From contig NC_057754.1 of the NCBI RefSeq assembly GCF_004010195.1, positions 9,049,739 to 9,113,727 on the forward strand: a stretch of DNA of 63,989 nucleotides, given 5' to 3'. Shown piece by piece: positions 25,060-36,170 of this stretch. The stretch is from Chiloscyllium plagiosum. Lineage: Eukaryota. How positions within the stretch are numbered: the first letter of the stretch is position 1; every line of letters starts with the position of its first letter. The notes beneath the pieces are model-generated. The model saw only the letters and a list, made by a program, of their open reading frames with translations. It made no database searches and had not been told where the DNA came from. The position numbers and the translations under genes are program-made.

Positions 25060-28000
25060 TATATTATTTATTCACAGGAAAAAGTACGATGCAGCTGTAT
25101 GATGTGGGCACTGGCCGGTCCCATTGCGAACTGCAGCGATCACATCTGCAGCAAGTGTTGGTCGCTGGAGGAACTCTGGCTCAAAATTGATGATCTGGAA
25201 TCTGAGCTTCAAGTACTGTGGCACATCTGGGAGGGGGAGAAGGACCTGGACTCTTTGTTTCAGGAGTTGGTCACGTCTGGTAGATTAAGTACTTCAAATT
25301 CAATAGTGATCAGGGAAGCACAGTGTTGACTGCAAATGAGGCAGATTGGAGGGATCCTGAGTTCAGGAATGGAGGAATCTGTGCTGTTGACCTTGTACAA
25401 CATGTATGAGGTACTGGGTGCCTGTGTGGCTGAGGAAAAGGGCTGTGGGTGGGGAGGAGTGATACAGCTGACCACGGCACCATGGTGCAAGAGGCCATTC
25501 AAGAGGGGAGAGCAAAAGGACAAGCGGTAGTTTTAGGGGACTCTGTAATTAGGAGATAGATAGTATCCTATGTATGCAGGATTGTGAGTCCTTCATGATA
25601 TGTTGCCTGGGTGCAGGACATCTCTGACTGACTTGAAAGGTTATTGGGGTGGGAGGCCGAGGATCCAGTTATTGTGGTCGACACTGGGACAAACAGTATA
25701 GGCAAGGTGAGGAAGGATGATCTCTTTGGGGATTATCAAGCACTAGGAACAAAATTAAGGAACAGGTCCTCAAGGATTATAAACTCTGGATTACTACCTG
25801 AGCCATGTGTAAATTGGTTTAGGGATAAGAAAATTAGGGAAATAAACTCGTGGTGTGGGGAAGAGGGGTTCCATTTCATGGGCTGTTTTGGAATGGGAGG
25901 GATCTGTACCAATGGGATAGTCTCCGCCTGAACCGATCTGGAACTTTTGTTCTAGTGAAAAGGATTATTAGGGTAGTCACTAGGACTTTAAACTAGTGAG
26001 TTGGGAGCAAGGAAAGGGGCAAGTGACAGGAAGTATGGTGGTAAATAATTGCTATACCATTTTTACAGGCATTAGTTGTTTGTTTATTGCCCGCCCCAAT
26101 GTGATATTATTATTTGGTGCTCTTTTAGTCTACACCTATCAGAGACTTAGAATTTCTAATTTCCACCCAAATGGATTCAACCTTATTCTCCATACAACCT
26201 ATATCATTTCTGATGTCATCCTTAAATATCAGAGGTACACCACTTCCCTTACCTCCCTGTCCTTTCAAATAGTCTGCTGCCCCAGGATATTTAACTCTCA
26301 GTTGTGACCATCCTACAACAATGTCTTCATACACTCTCATTCTCTCACTCCTTCACACTCACGCAAGCATACGTACACACAAGTCGATAGGGCGAATTTG
26401 TATTTGCAGATAAATTTACTTTGTTCAAAAAGCACACAATCTGGAGGCACTCAATCCATGTGACATTTTATCAATTCATACTTTGGAAGTAGAGCTAGTC
26501 TGACTCAAGGTTGGGATACAGACCGATTCTAACTCCACACCTTCAATGCAATGTGTGAGCTGAGGTGTCACTTTTTTTCTTATTAAACCTTAAGTTATCT
26601 CAGGAATGTGACTCAAAAGAAGTTCTGAGATTTATATATTAAGCAATTGAAATCTGCAACCCTATTCTAAGTGATGAAAGACTTAACATCAATATAATTT
26701 TGTTCAATACATCGTACCAGTTGTATGACATTTTGATCTTTCTCTGTAAAGTGTGTCCTATGATGCTGCTCCACAAGCTACCTGACAAAGGAGCAGAAGG
26801 AGCCAGTGCTCCAGAAGATTGTATTTCCAAATAAACACACCTGCATCTACCAACTACCTTCCAAGACATCTTTTCCCCAGTCCCACCCTCTCCTATCTAT
26901 CTCTCAACCTCCCAACTACGTTCCTGATGAAGTGCTTAGGTCAATTCTCCTGCTCCTCAGATGCTGCCTGACTTGCTGTGCTTTTCCAATACCACTTTTT
27001 AACTTTCAGACAAACCTTTTGGACTATAACCAGGTGTTGTGAGATTTTTAACTATTTCCACCCCAGTTCATGGTAAATAAAAAGGAAAGCAGCAGGTTAG
27101 TATGTGTGCAGGAGGTTTAACTACATGGTAGACTATGAAAGAAGTAGAAAGGAAGGATAATGCAGAAGATATCATTAATGGAGATGTTAGAATTCATAAA
27201 GAGAGTACAAAAACTAGCATAAAGAGCACTTTACCTGATTGCTTGAAGCATTTATAACAAGGTCGATGAGTTAACGGCACAAATAATTGGAAATGAATAT
27301 GATTTAGTAGCTATTGCAGAGTCATGGTTGCAGGATGGTCACAACTTGGAGTTAAATATCCAGGGGTATCAAACTGCTCGAAAGACAGACAGGGAGTCTT
27401 TATTTAAAGACGACATCATGGTGGTGAGAGATGGTAGGTTCTATGGAGAATAAGTTTTAATCCATTTGGGTGGGAAATTCTAAGAAAAAATAGTCACTGA
27501 TTTTTATAGTTTATGGGCTACCAAATAATATTACATTGGGGTGGACAAATAACTAATGTCTGTAAAAACAGTACAGCAAATATCATGGAGGATTTTAAGC
27601 TACATTTTGATTGGTCGAACAGATCAGTCAGGGTAGCCTTGAGGAGGTGTTCATTGAATGTATCCACAATAGTTTTCTTGAACAGTATGTAATGGAACCA
27701 ACAAGGGAACAAGCTATCCTCGATCTGGTCCTGTGTAATGAGACAGGAATAATTAATGATGTCATAGTTAGGGATCCTCTTGGAAGGAGCGATCAGAGTA
27801 TGGTTGAATTTAGAATACAGAAAAAGTGCAAAGATAAAATCCAATACCAGGGTCCTGTGCTTAAACAAGTGAGACTACAATAGGATGAGGGAGGTTTTGG
27901 CTAAAGTAGACTGGACAAAAGTTGGGGAATTATAGACCAGTTAGCTTAACTTCTGGAGTGGGAAGAATGCTTGAATCTTAAGAAGAAAGAAATAGCAAGG

Positions 28001-29190
28001 TGTTTAGACAGAAATTGACCTGTTGGGCAGATGAAGCATGGGTTCATGAAAGGCAAGGTCATGCTTCACTATCATTTCGGAATTCTATGAAGATGTTACA
28101 AAAAACTGTGGACAACAGGGACCCAGTAAATATGGTATATCTAGATTTCCAAAAGGCATTCGACAAGGTGCCACACAAAAGGCTGCTGGATAAGATAAAG
28201 ACGCAAGATGTTACAGGCAATGAATTAGCATGGATAGAAGATTGGTTAACCAACAGGAAGCAAAGTGGGGGAATAAATGAATGTTATTCTGGTTGGCAAT
28301 CAGTGACTAGTGGTCTGCCTCAGGAATCAGTGGTGGGGCTGCAATCATTCATAATGTACATAGATTATTTGCAATTGGGGACCACATGTAGTGTGTGTCA
28401 AAGTTTGTGGATGACACTAAGATGAGTGGTAGAGCAAAATGTACAGAGGACTGTGAAACTTTACAAAGGGACATAGATAGTTTAAATGAGTGGGCAAAGG
28501 TCTGGCAGATGGAATATGATGTTAATAAATGTGAAGTTATCCATTTCGGTAGGAATACTGTAACAGTAAAAAAGACTATTACTGAATGGTAATAAATTGC
28601 AGCATGCTGTTGTGCAGAGGGACCTGGGTGTCCTTGTCTATGAATCACATAAGATTGGTTTGCAGTTGCAACAGGTAATTAAGAAGGCAAATGGAATTTT
28701 GTCCTTCATTGCTAAATGGATAGAATTTAAACGCAGAGAGGTTATGTTGCAGCTGTGTAGGGTGCTAGTGAGTTTTGATCTCCCTAATTGAGGGGGGGGG
28801 GGGGGGGGAAGCTGGTGGGAACTTATAAAAATATATACAGTTATGAAGGGAATAGATAAGACAAAAGTAGAGAGGATGTTTCCACTGGTGGGTGAAACTA
28901 GGACGAGAGGGCATAGCCTCAAAATTAGAGGGAAGCAGATTTAAGACTGAATTAAGGAGGAACTTCTTCACCTATCTGTGGAATTCCCTGCCCAGTGAAG
29001 TGGTTGAAGCTTCCTCAGCAAATGTTTTTTAAAGCTAAGATTGATCATTCTTTGAACAGTAAAGGAATTAAGGGTTACGGTGAGAGGGTGGGTAAGTGGA
29101 GCTGAGGCCACAAAAATATCAGCCATGATCTTATTGAATGGCGGAGCAGGTTCAAAGGGCCAGATGGCCTACTCCTAGTTCTTATGTTTA
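25060..29190 (+). mobile_element. Degraded near-full-length CR1 (ORF1 zinc finger/esterase, ORF2 EN-RT, 3' tail) with inserts
   Basis: HICSKC..LEEL, DTGTNSIG, YLDFQKAFDKVPH, SKFVDDTK. Confidence 0.85.
26330..27070 (+). mobile_element. Penelope-like 3' UTR/terminus
   Basis: Homologous to 56690-57375 and to the reverse of 14830-15600. Confidence 0.65.
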
Positions 29191-29469
29191 GCTTAGATTA
29201 CTTACAGTGTGGAAACAGGCCCTTCGGCCCAACAAGTCCACACTGCCCACCGAAGCGCAACCCATCCAGACCCATTCCACTAAATTTACTCCTTCACCTA
29301 ACTCTACGGGCAATTTAGCGTGGCCAATTCACCTAACCTGCACATGTTTTGGACTGTGGGAGGAAACCCACGCAGAATGTGCAAACTCCACACAGACAGT
29401 CACCTGAGGCGGGAATTGAACCTGGGTTTCCAGCGCTGGGAGGCAGCAGTGCTGACCACTGTGCCACCC
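29190..29469 (-). mobile_element. HE1 SINE
   Basis: Family consensus match. Confidence 0.9.
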
Positions 29470-29589
29470 AATACATTATGACACAAACTGTGATGCAGCT
29501 AATGATAATTTGTCACCACTGTGACTATTTATCAGTCAGCGCATTGAGTATAGGAGTTTGGAGGTCATGTTACAGCTGTACACAGGACA

Positions 29590-29877
29590 TTAGATTCCCA
29601 GCAGTGTGGAAACAGGCCCTTCGGCCCAACCAGTCCACTCCGACCCTCCGAAGAGTAATCCACCCAGACCCATTTCCCTCTGACTGATGCACCTAACACT
29701 ATGGGCCTGGCCAATTCACCTAACTTACACATTTTTTGGACTGTGGGAGGAAACCGGAGGTAAACCCACGCAGACATGGGGAGAATGTGCAAACTCCACA
29801 CAGACGGTCACCCAAGGCTATAATCGAACCTGGGACCCTGGTGCTGTGAGGCAGCAGTGCTAACCCACTGAGCCACC
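29590..29877 (-). mobile_element. HE1 SINE (second subfamily)
   Basis: V core, with the tgcattagtcagaggg-type tail shared with 34816-35132. Confidence 0.88.
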
Positions 29878-30769
29878 TATTATCTAACACCTTGATTGAA
29901 CAGAACACAAGGAGATCCCAACTGTAAGAAGCTGTTGGAGTCGCGCAGGGATCACTGCTGGGGCCTCAACCTTTTCCATATCAACGATATAGATAAAGGG
30001 ATCAATGGATTGCTTGCTAATGGAAAGTAAGCTGTAAAGAGATTAATGGAGTTCAGATAGGTTGGGAATGTACAGTAAAAAGTGGCAGATATGAAAGTCT
30101 GCCTGTATCCTCTTTGGCATGAAGAAAAGAATCACAGTTTACTATTTCAGTGAAGAGAGATTACAGAACTCTGTGGTACAGGCAGATCTGGGTGTCCTGA
30201 TAGATGTATCACAGAAAGGCATGCAGGTACAGCAAGTGGATAGAGAGGTCAATGAAGTAATTTAGTTCCAGGGGAATGATAGGCAATCTCTGTTACAGTT
30301 GTATAGAGCATTGTTGAGATCTGGACCCACTATGCACAGTTTTGGTTTACTTACATAAGTGCACTCGAAACAACTCAGTAGGTTCACAAAACTTGCTCCT
30401 GGAATGAAGAGGTTATCTTATGAGGAAAGGATGGTCAGGTTAAATATATATCCATTTAGATTTTAGTGAGGGAGAGGTGATCTTACTGAGACACAAGAAG
30501 TTGAGGGACTGGCAAGGTGGATGCTGAAATGATATTTCCCCTTGTCAGAAACAATAGGACTAAGGAGACATGGTTCAAAACTAAAGAGTGTCCTATTTAA
30601 GATGGAGATGGGAATTTTTTTCCCTCAGAGGATCATGAGTGTGTGGAACTCCATTTCCCAAAAATTAATGAAGGCAGGGTCATTTAAAATGTTCAATACA
30701 GAACTAGGTAGATCTTTGATTAGTCAAAGGTTTATAGGGAGCAGACATTGGTTGATTGACAGATTGTCA

Positions 30770-31545
30770 TGTACCACAATACAGTGTAAAGTATTGGTTT
30801 ATATTCTAAACAGGCAGAATATACCATATGAAGTGCATGAGGGTAGCAGAACAGAATACAGTGTTACAGCCACAGAGAAGATGTACAGAGAGAGATCAGA
30901 ATTAACATCTGAGAGATCCATTCAAAAGTCTGATAACAGGGAAGAAACTATACTTGAATTTGTTTGTAAGTGTATTCAAACTTTTATATCTTCTGCCCAA
31001 TGTAAGGGGTTGGGAGAGAGTATAACCGGGGTGGGAGGGGTCTTTGCTTATGTTTGTTGGTTTCCTAAGGCCTTGGGTAATATATAGGTGAAGTTGATGG
31101 ATGGAAGGCTGGCTTGCATGATAGACTGGGAAGAGCAGTTGCCATACCAAGCTATGATGCATCCAGACAGGATGCTTTCTATGATACAACTGTCGAATTG
31201 GTAAGAGTCCTCGTTGACATGCTGAATTTCCTTAGCCTCCTGAGGAAAGAGAGATGTTGTTGTTGCATCTACACAGGACAGACTGTTGGTGATCGTCACT
31301 CCCAGGAACTTGATGCACTCAAACATCACCTCGCCTCATGCAAACAGGGGCATGCCCTCCACTCCACTTCCTGAAGTCAATGAGCAGTTCCTTCATTTTG
31401 CTGATGTTGATAGAGAAATTGTCTTTACGCCGTGTCACTAAGCACTCAATCTCTTTCCTGTATTCTGCCTCGTCACTGTTTGTGATCCAACCTACAATTG
31501 TGGTGTCCTTCACAAGCTTGTAAATGAAGTTAGGGGTGGAGTTTG
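30770..31545 (-). mobile_element. Rex1/Babar-like (or L2-group) LINE 3' fragment
   Basis: IKFLGVTI, IESILSGCIIAWYGNCS, GRRYKSL...FKYSFFP. Confidence 0.7.
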
Positions 31546-31549
31546 GCCA

Positions 31550-31681
31550 GGAGAAAGTGAGGACTGCAGATGCTGGAGTACCAGAGTTGAAAAATGTGGT
31601 GCTGGAGAAACACAGCAGGCCAGGCAGCATCCGAGGAGCAGGAGAATCGACGTTTCGGGCATAAGCCCTTCTTCAGGAGTT
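31550..31681 (-). mobile_element. Penelope-terminus mini element with hammerhead core
   Basis: Minus strand CTGAAGAAGGGCTTATGCCCGAAACGTC. TSD TGGAGTTTGGCCA at 31537-31549 and 31682-31694. Confidence 0.78.
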
Positions 31682-32534
31682 TGGAGTTTGGCCACACAGG
31701 AAGTAAAGCTGAGACCACTATCAGATTAGCCATGATATTATCCATGGCAAGGCAGGTTTGGGAGGCCCATATGGCCTACTTTTGCTGTAAATTGTATTTT
31801 CTGGCATACAAATGAGAGTAAGCTTAGTGGGAATAGGATCAGTTAAGTGGAATGTAAGTCTCAAAGGTGAGGAGAGCTGTCAGAAATCATTTTGGGAGAT
31901 TAGAGAGAGACTTTTAAAAATGCAATTTCAGGAAATGCTTCTCCAAATCTATCAGAAAATGTAGGACTCCCATTAAAGTTTTATTGTCAACTAACCTCTG
32001 AATGACTACATTGTGTCGTTTGACTCAGGCAAGCCTTGCAAAATAGCAACAAATTTTTAAAACTCTCCTGTTTCATCAATCCTAACAATGGATTCTCCAC
32101 AGATTGTTTTCAATTATCTACAAACCTTTCTTATTAATGCACCAATGAAGCTGGCCTTCGTGCTCCATCCTTTGTAAATTTATTGTAAACCGGATGTTTG
32201 AGTCCATGTAGAGGCCGCTGTGTTACGTCACTGAAGTTGCATTTTGAACTTCTGCTTCACTCCATTTGTGTGGCGTCAGTCCATACACCTCTTTCTCAAA
32301 CATAAAACCGTACCTTGTTCTTCTCTCCCTCTGTTGCTTCCTTAATACCTTTTGAATTCTCACTTTTCCTATGTGTCACTAATATCTAGGTCCTGTACCT
32401 CCACTCTGTCCGTAATCACCTGTAAGTGATTGCATATTGATGGTGTGTTAGAAGGAGCTTGTTTCTAGAGAGGAATCACCACATCCTTTTTGGTTCCTTT
32501 AACAATTGAATGACGAAGAAGGAGAAAAGATTCG

Positions 32535-32732
32535 GAGGTGCCGGTGTTGGACTGGGGTGTACAAAGTTAAAAATCACACAACACTATGTTAGAGTCCAAC
32601 AGATTTATTTGGATGCACTAGCTTTCGGAGTGCTGCTCCTTCGTCAGGTAGGTGATGAAGGAGCAGCGCTCCAAAAGCTAGCGCTTCCAAATAAACCTGT
32701 TGGACTCTAACATGGTGTTGTGTGATTTTTTA
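32535..32732. mobile_element. Inverted-pair Penelope-terminus element (second family) with two hammerhead cores
   Basis: Palindromic arms around ~32650. The minus arm reads CTGACGAAGGAGCAGCACTCCGAAAGCTA. Confidence 0.72.
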
Positions 32733-32922
32733 AAACAGAAAACATCAACTGAGGCTCTGCATAGAAGTAGAGTCATAGAGAAGTACAGCACGGAAACAGA
32801 CCCTTCGGTCCAACTCATCCATGCTGACCCAGATAACCTAACCTAATGTAGTCCCATTTCCCAGCACTTGGCTCATATCCCTCTAAACTCTTCCTATTCA
32901 TATACCCATCCCGACGCCTTTT

Positions 32923-33056
32923 NNNNNNNNNNNNNNNNNNNNNNNNNNNNNNNNNNNNNNNNNNNNNNNNNNNNNNNNNNNNNNNNNNNNNNNNNNNNNN
33001 NNNNNNNNNNNNNNNNNNNNNNNNNNNNNNNNNNNNNNNNNNNNNNNNNNNNNNNN
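32923..33056. other. Assembly gap (134 N)
   Basis: Run of N. Confidence 1.
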
Positions 33057-33275
33057 TGCTGAGAGCTGCGGGCTCCCTTCCCTTTAGTCATTTTAACTTA
33101 GGATAAAGTTGCTTAAATGTAATATTAAACCACTAATTCAGTTACTAAACTATTATAAATGATTTATAAATGATTTGGTGAGATTGATAGGGGGTAGGTG
33201 ACCCACTGTGCCCAGGTCTTGGGAGGAGCACTATAGACTCAGTCTTACTGGGTCGCCGCCATCTTGGATCCCCCT
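32923..33275 (-). mobile_element. L1-type LINE: 5' end visible, body lost in the gap
   Basis: Minus strand begins AGGGGGATCCAAGATGGCGGCG (YY1 site, L1-like 5' end). 14-bp TSD TCCCGACGCCTTTT at 32909-32922 and 33276-33289, at a TTTT/AA target. Confidence 0.75.
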
Positions 33276-34569
33276 TCCCGACGCCTTTTAAATGCTTCAA
33301 TTGTACCAGCCTCTACCATTTCCTCTGGCAGCTCATTCCATACACGCACCACCCTCTGCATTCAAAATAAGTGGATATGCTTTTGGAAATTTGCAAGGAT
33401 AACCTCATCTCTTCAAATTCAACTTTTAAAAAAATTTCCTCCACTATCATCATTATCCTGTTACTGAACACTCCAAGGAACAAAATCTGTTGCAAAATAG
33501 ATTCAAATACTATAATTTGCTGTAGCAATGCTTTACATATACTTCCTCTAGCTCAAACCCTCACTTTTTATCTGAAATTAACTTAAAGATCCAACACCCT
33601 TCCAACAAGGATAATTTTCCTTTGTTCCTCACAGGGTTGTTATCATACTCCTTTCCTTCACAGATATTTATAAAAGAGCTAGCTCCTTGACAATGTCCAG
33701 ATTTTCTCCTATTGGAGTCAGCAATCTTTTAGCATCCCACGACCAGATGGCAGGAGACGGGCTGAGCAGTATTATCACTGAATTGTTAATCCAAAAACTC
33801 AAGCAATGTTCTTCTATCGACTAGTCTTTTATATATATATATATTTGTAATTCCGTGTAGAAACACGCATCCCCCTAACGGCTTCATGGATAAGCCAACA
33901 CGATTGAGCAGGGATATTTAAATCGGTCAGATTTCTAATTCCAGGTCCCCGACTGAGCCAACCACTGGAGAGCAGCAGCCGCTTCTCTGAAGTCTTATTG
34001 ACGCTGGTCAGTTTGTGTCTGCGGGAGGCGCAGTCTGTAGCTGAGTGTACCCTCCCGGCAGAAAAGTGAGCACTGCAGCCTGCAAAAGCCAGCAGCGTGC
34101 ACCAGAAAACATGCACTGCCGGGTTGAGGCGTGAAAAAAAAACGGCATTGGTTTAACGACAACAAGGTTCCTGGCGGTCTGTGTGCCCTATCACTCCTGA
34201 GAAAGGCGCTCCCCATCCCCGCTCAATCCAGGCTGGCTCCCAAACAGCCCGGAACTTCCCTCGGAGTCACTCCGAGCCACATGAATCGTTTAAACCGACC
34301 TGCAGTCGGGAATAGGGGGGGGTGCTCGTTTTCCCGAGAGTACGAATCTCTCCACTTCTGTTCGTATCCGAACACATTTCTCCCGCTCGAGGGAGAAAAG
34401 TATTAAATCCCTTTTCGCAGACCTTCAGTCTCCACTGATGCTGAGTTTCTGTTTTAATGTCACGTCTCCAGCGTCCACAATAAATTGCTTTAACTTTAAC
34501 AGTGATGATAAATATTTTTAACACTCTATCTCTGTAGGAGGTGACACAAAAGTAGGCTGTTTGCAATGA

Positions 34570-34642
34570 GGGCCAGTGGCGCAATGGATAACGCGTCTGA
34601 CTACGGATCAGAAGATTGTAGGTTCGACTCCTACCTGGCTCG
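34570..34642 (+). tRNA. tRNA-Arg-ACG: tRNA-Arg(ACG)
   Basis: GGGCCAGTGGCGCAATGGATAACGCGTCTGACTACGGATCAGAAGATTGTAGGTTCGACTCCTACCTGGCTCG folds as a full cloverleaf. TTTT terminator at 34650-34653. Confidence 0.97.
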
Positions 34643-34815
34643 TAATAAGTTTTGCAACTCTGCCCCCTGTTTGTGCATGGTTCATTCTCACACTCCGAAA
34701 ATAAACCGTTCTATCTCTTTTTCTCCACAGATGCTTCCAGACCTCCTGAGTTTCTCCAGCATTCTCTGTGTTTGTCTTAAACAAAAAATTCTGCCATGTC
34801 CCACTCATCCCGTCC

Positions 34816-35132
34816 GGGCGGCACGGTGGCTCAGTGGTTAGCACTGCTGCCTCACAGTGACCAGGCTTCAATCCCCGCCTCGGGCTACTCTCTGTGTGGA
34901 GTTTGCACATTCTCCCTGTGTCTGCGTGGGTTTCCTCCGGGTGGCTCCGGTTTCCTCCCACTGTCCAAAGATGTGCAGGTTAGGGTGAATTGGCCATGCT
35001 CAATTGCCCGTAGTGTTAGGTGCATTAGTCAGAGGGGAATGGGTCTGGGTGGGTTGCTCTTCGGAGGGTCGGTGTGGGACTGGTTGGGCCGAAGGGTCTG
35101 TCTCCACACTGTAGGGAATCTAATCTAATCTA
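34816..35132 (+). mobile_element. HE1 SINE
   Basis: Head, V core and (CTAAT)n tail. Confidence 0.92.
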
Positions 35133-35651
35133 AATTTGACATAAACAGTCAATGCTGAAGACACCAGCAGATCTGGCAGCACCTGGGAAGAGGGAAAAAA
35201 AGCAAAGCCAGCATTTCGAATCCAGACCGAGTCCCGTTTGGGAACGGCGCAGCATCCCAGACACTGGCAGGACATTAAGTGATAACAAAAAGCCGAGCAT
35301 AAGGCTTGAGGAAGGGCGAGCATTAGCTCATCAGAGCGTTGTCTGACCGAATGATGCTGGCTTCCAGTGAGAGCGAAGCGTTTAGGTGGGATAGCATTGC
35401 TACTCCAAGGAGCCCCCTGCAGCTCATCAAGGGATAGTTGTAGAAGTGAAACTGCAAATGTGCAAGCGACTCGACTGCCAGGCAGGAGATGAGGACTTCT
35501 GTTGCAAGCGGAATTCAATCCGGATAGGCGTGAGGGAATGTACTCAGGACAAACAAGAGCCTGGAAAGCACAGAAGATCAGAGAGAGCATATCCGCTGGT
35601 GCCTTAACATAGGTCGGCTCACTTGGTTATAAAGGCACGTGGGATAGAGTT

Positions 35652-36170
35652 AAAAATCACACAACACTAGGTTATAGTCCAACAGGTTTATTTGGAAGCA
35701 CTAGCTTTCGGAGCGCTACTCCATCAGGTGGTTATGGAGTATAAGATTGTAAGAGACAGAATTTATAGCAAAAGTTTACAGTGTGATGTAACTGAAATTA
35801 TATATTGAAAAAGACCTGGATTGTTTGTTAAGTCTCTCATCTTTTAGAATGACCATATCGGGTTCAGTTCTTTCATATGTAAATTGCAAAACCTTTTTAA
35901 AAGTTACATTCTCAAGTGAACTTTAACAATTGTTGTCTTGTCGGCCCAGATAACATATTGAAGGCGTGAGCTGTCTGTGTGAGACTGTCTGTGCCACAAT
36001 GGTCAGACTGTAAACCTTTGCTATAAATTCTGTCTCTTACAATCTTATACTCCACAACCACCTGATGAAGGAGCAGCACTCCGAAAGCTAGTGCTTCATT
36101 ATAACCTGATGTTGTGTGATTTTTAACTTTGTACACCCCAGTCCGACACTGGCATCTCCAAATCGTGACT
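35652..36170. mobile_element. Inverted-pair Penelope-terminus element with hammerhead cores
   Basis: TSD ACGTGGGATAGAGTT at 35637-35651 and 36171-36185. Core CAC-CTGATGA-A-GGAG-CAGCA-CTCC-GAAAG-CTA-GTG at ~36059-36092. Confidence 0.8.

Noticed and set aside
34051..34129. miR-34/449-like pre-miRNA (minus strand CGGCAGTGCATG...)
   Set aside because: Only the seed-like heptamer matches, the hairpin has large internal loops, and the genomic context is wrong.
34020..34450. Telomerase RNA, canonical RNase P/MRP or 7SK
   Set aside because: No CTAACCCTAA template, and only short P4-like words match RNase P. Kept only as an unknown structured candidate.
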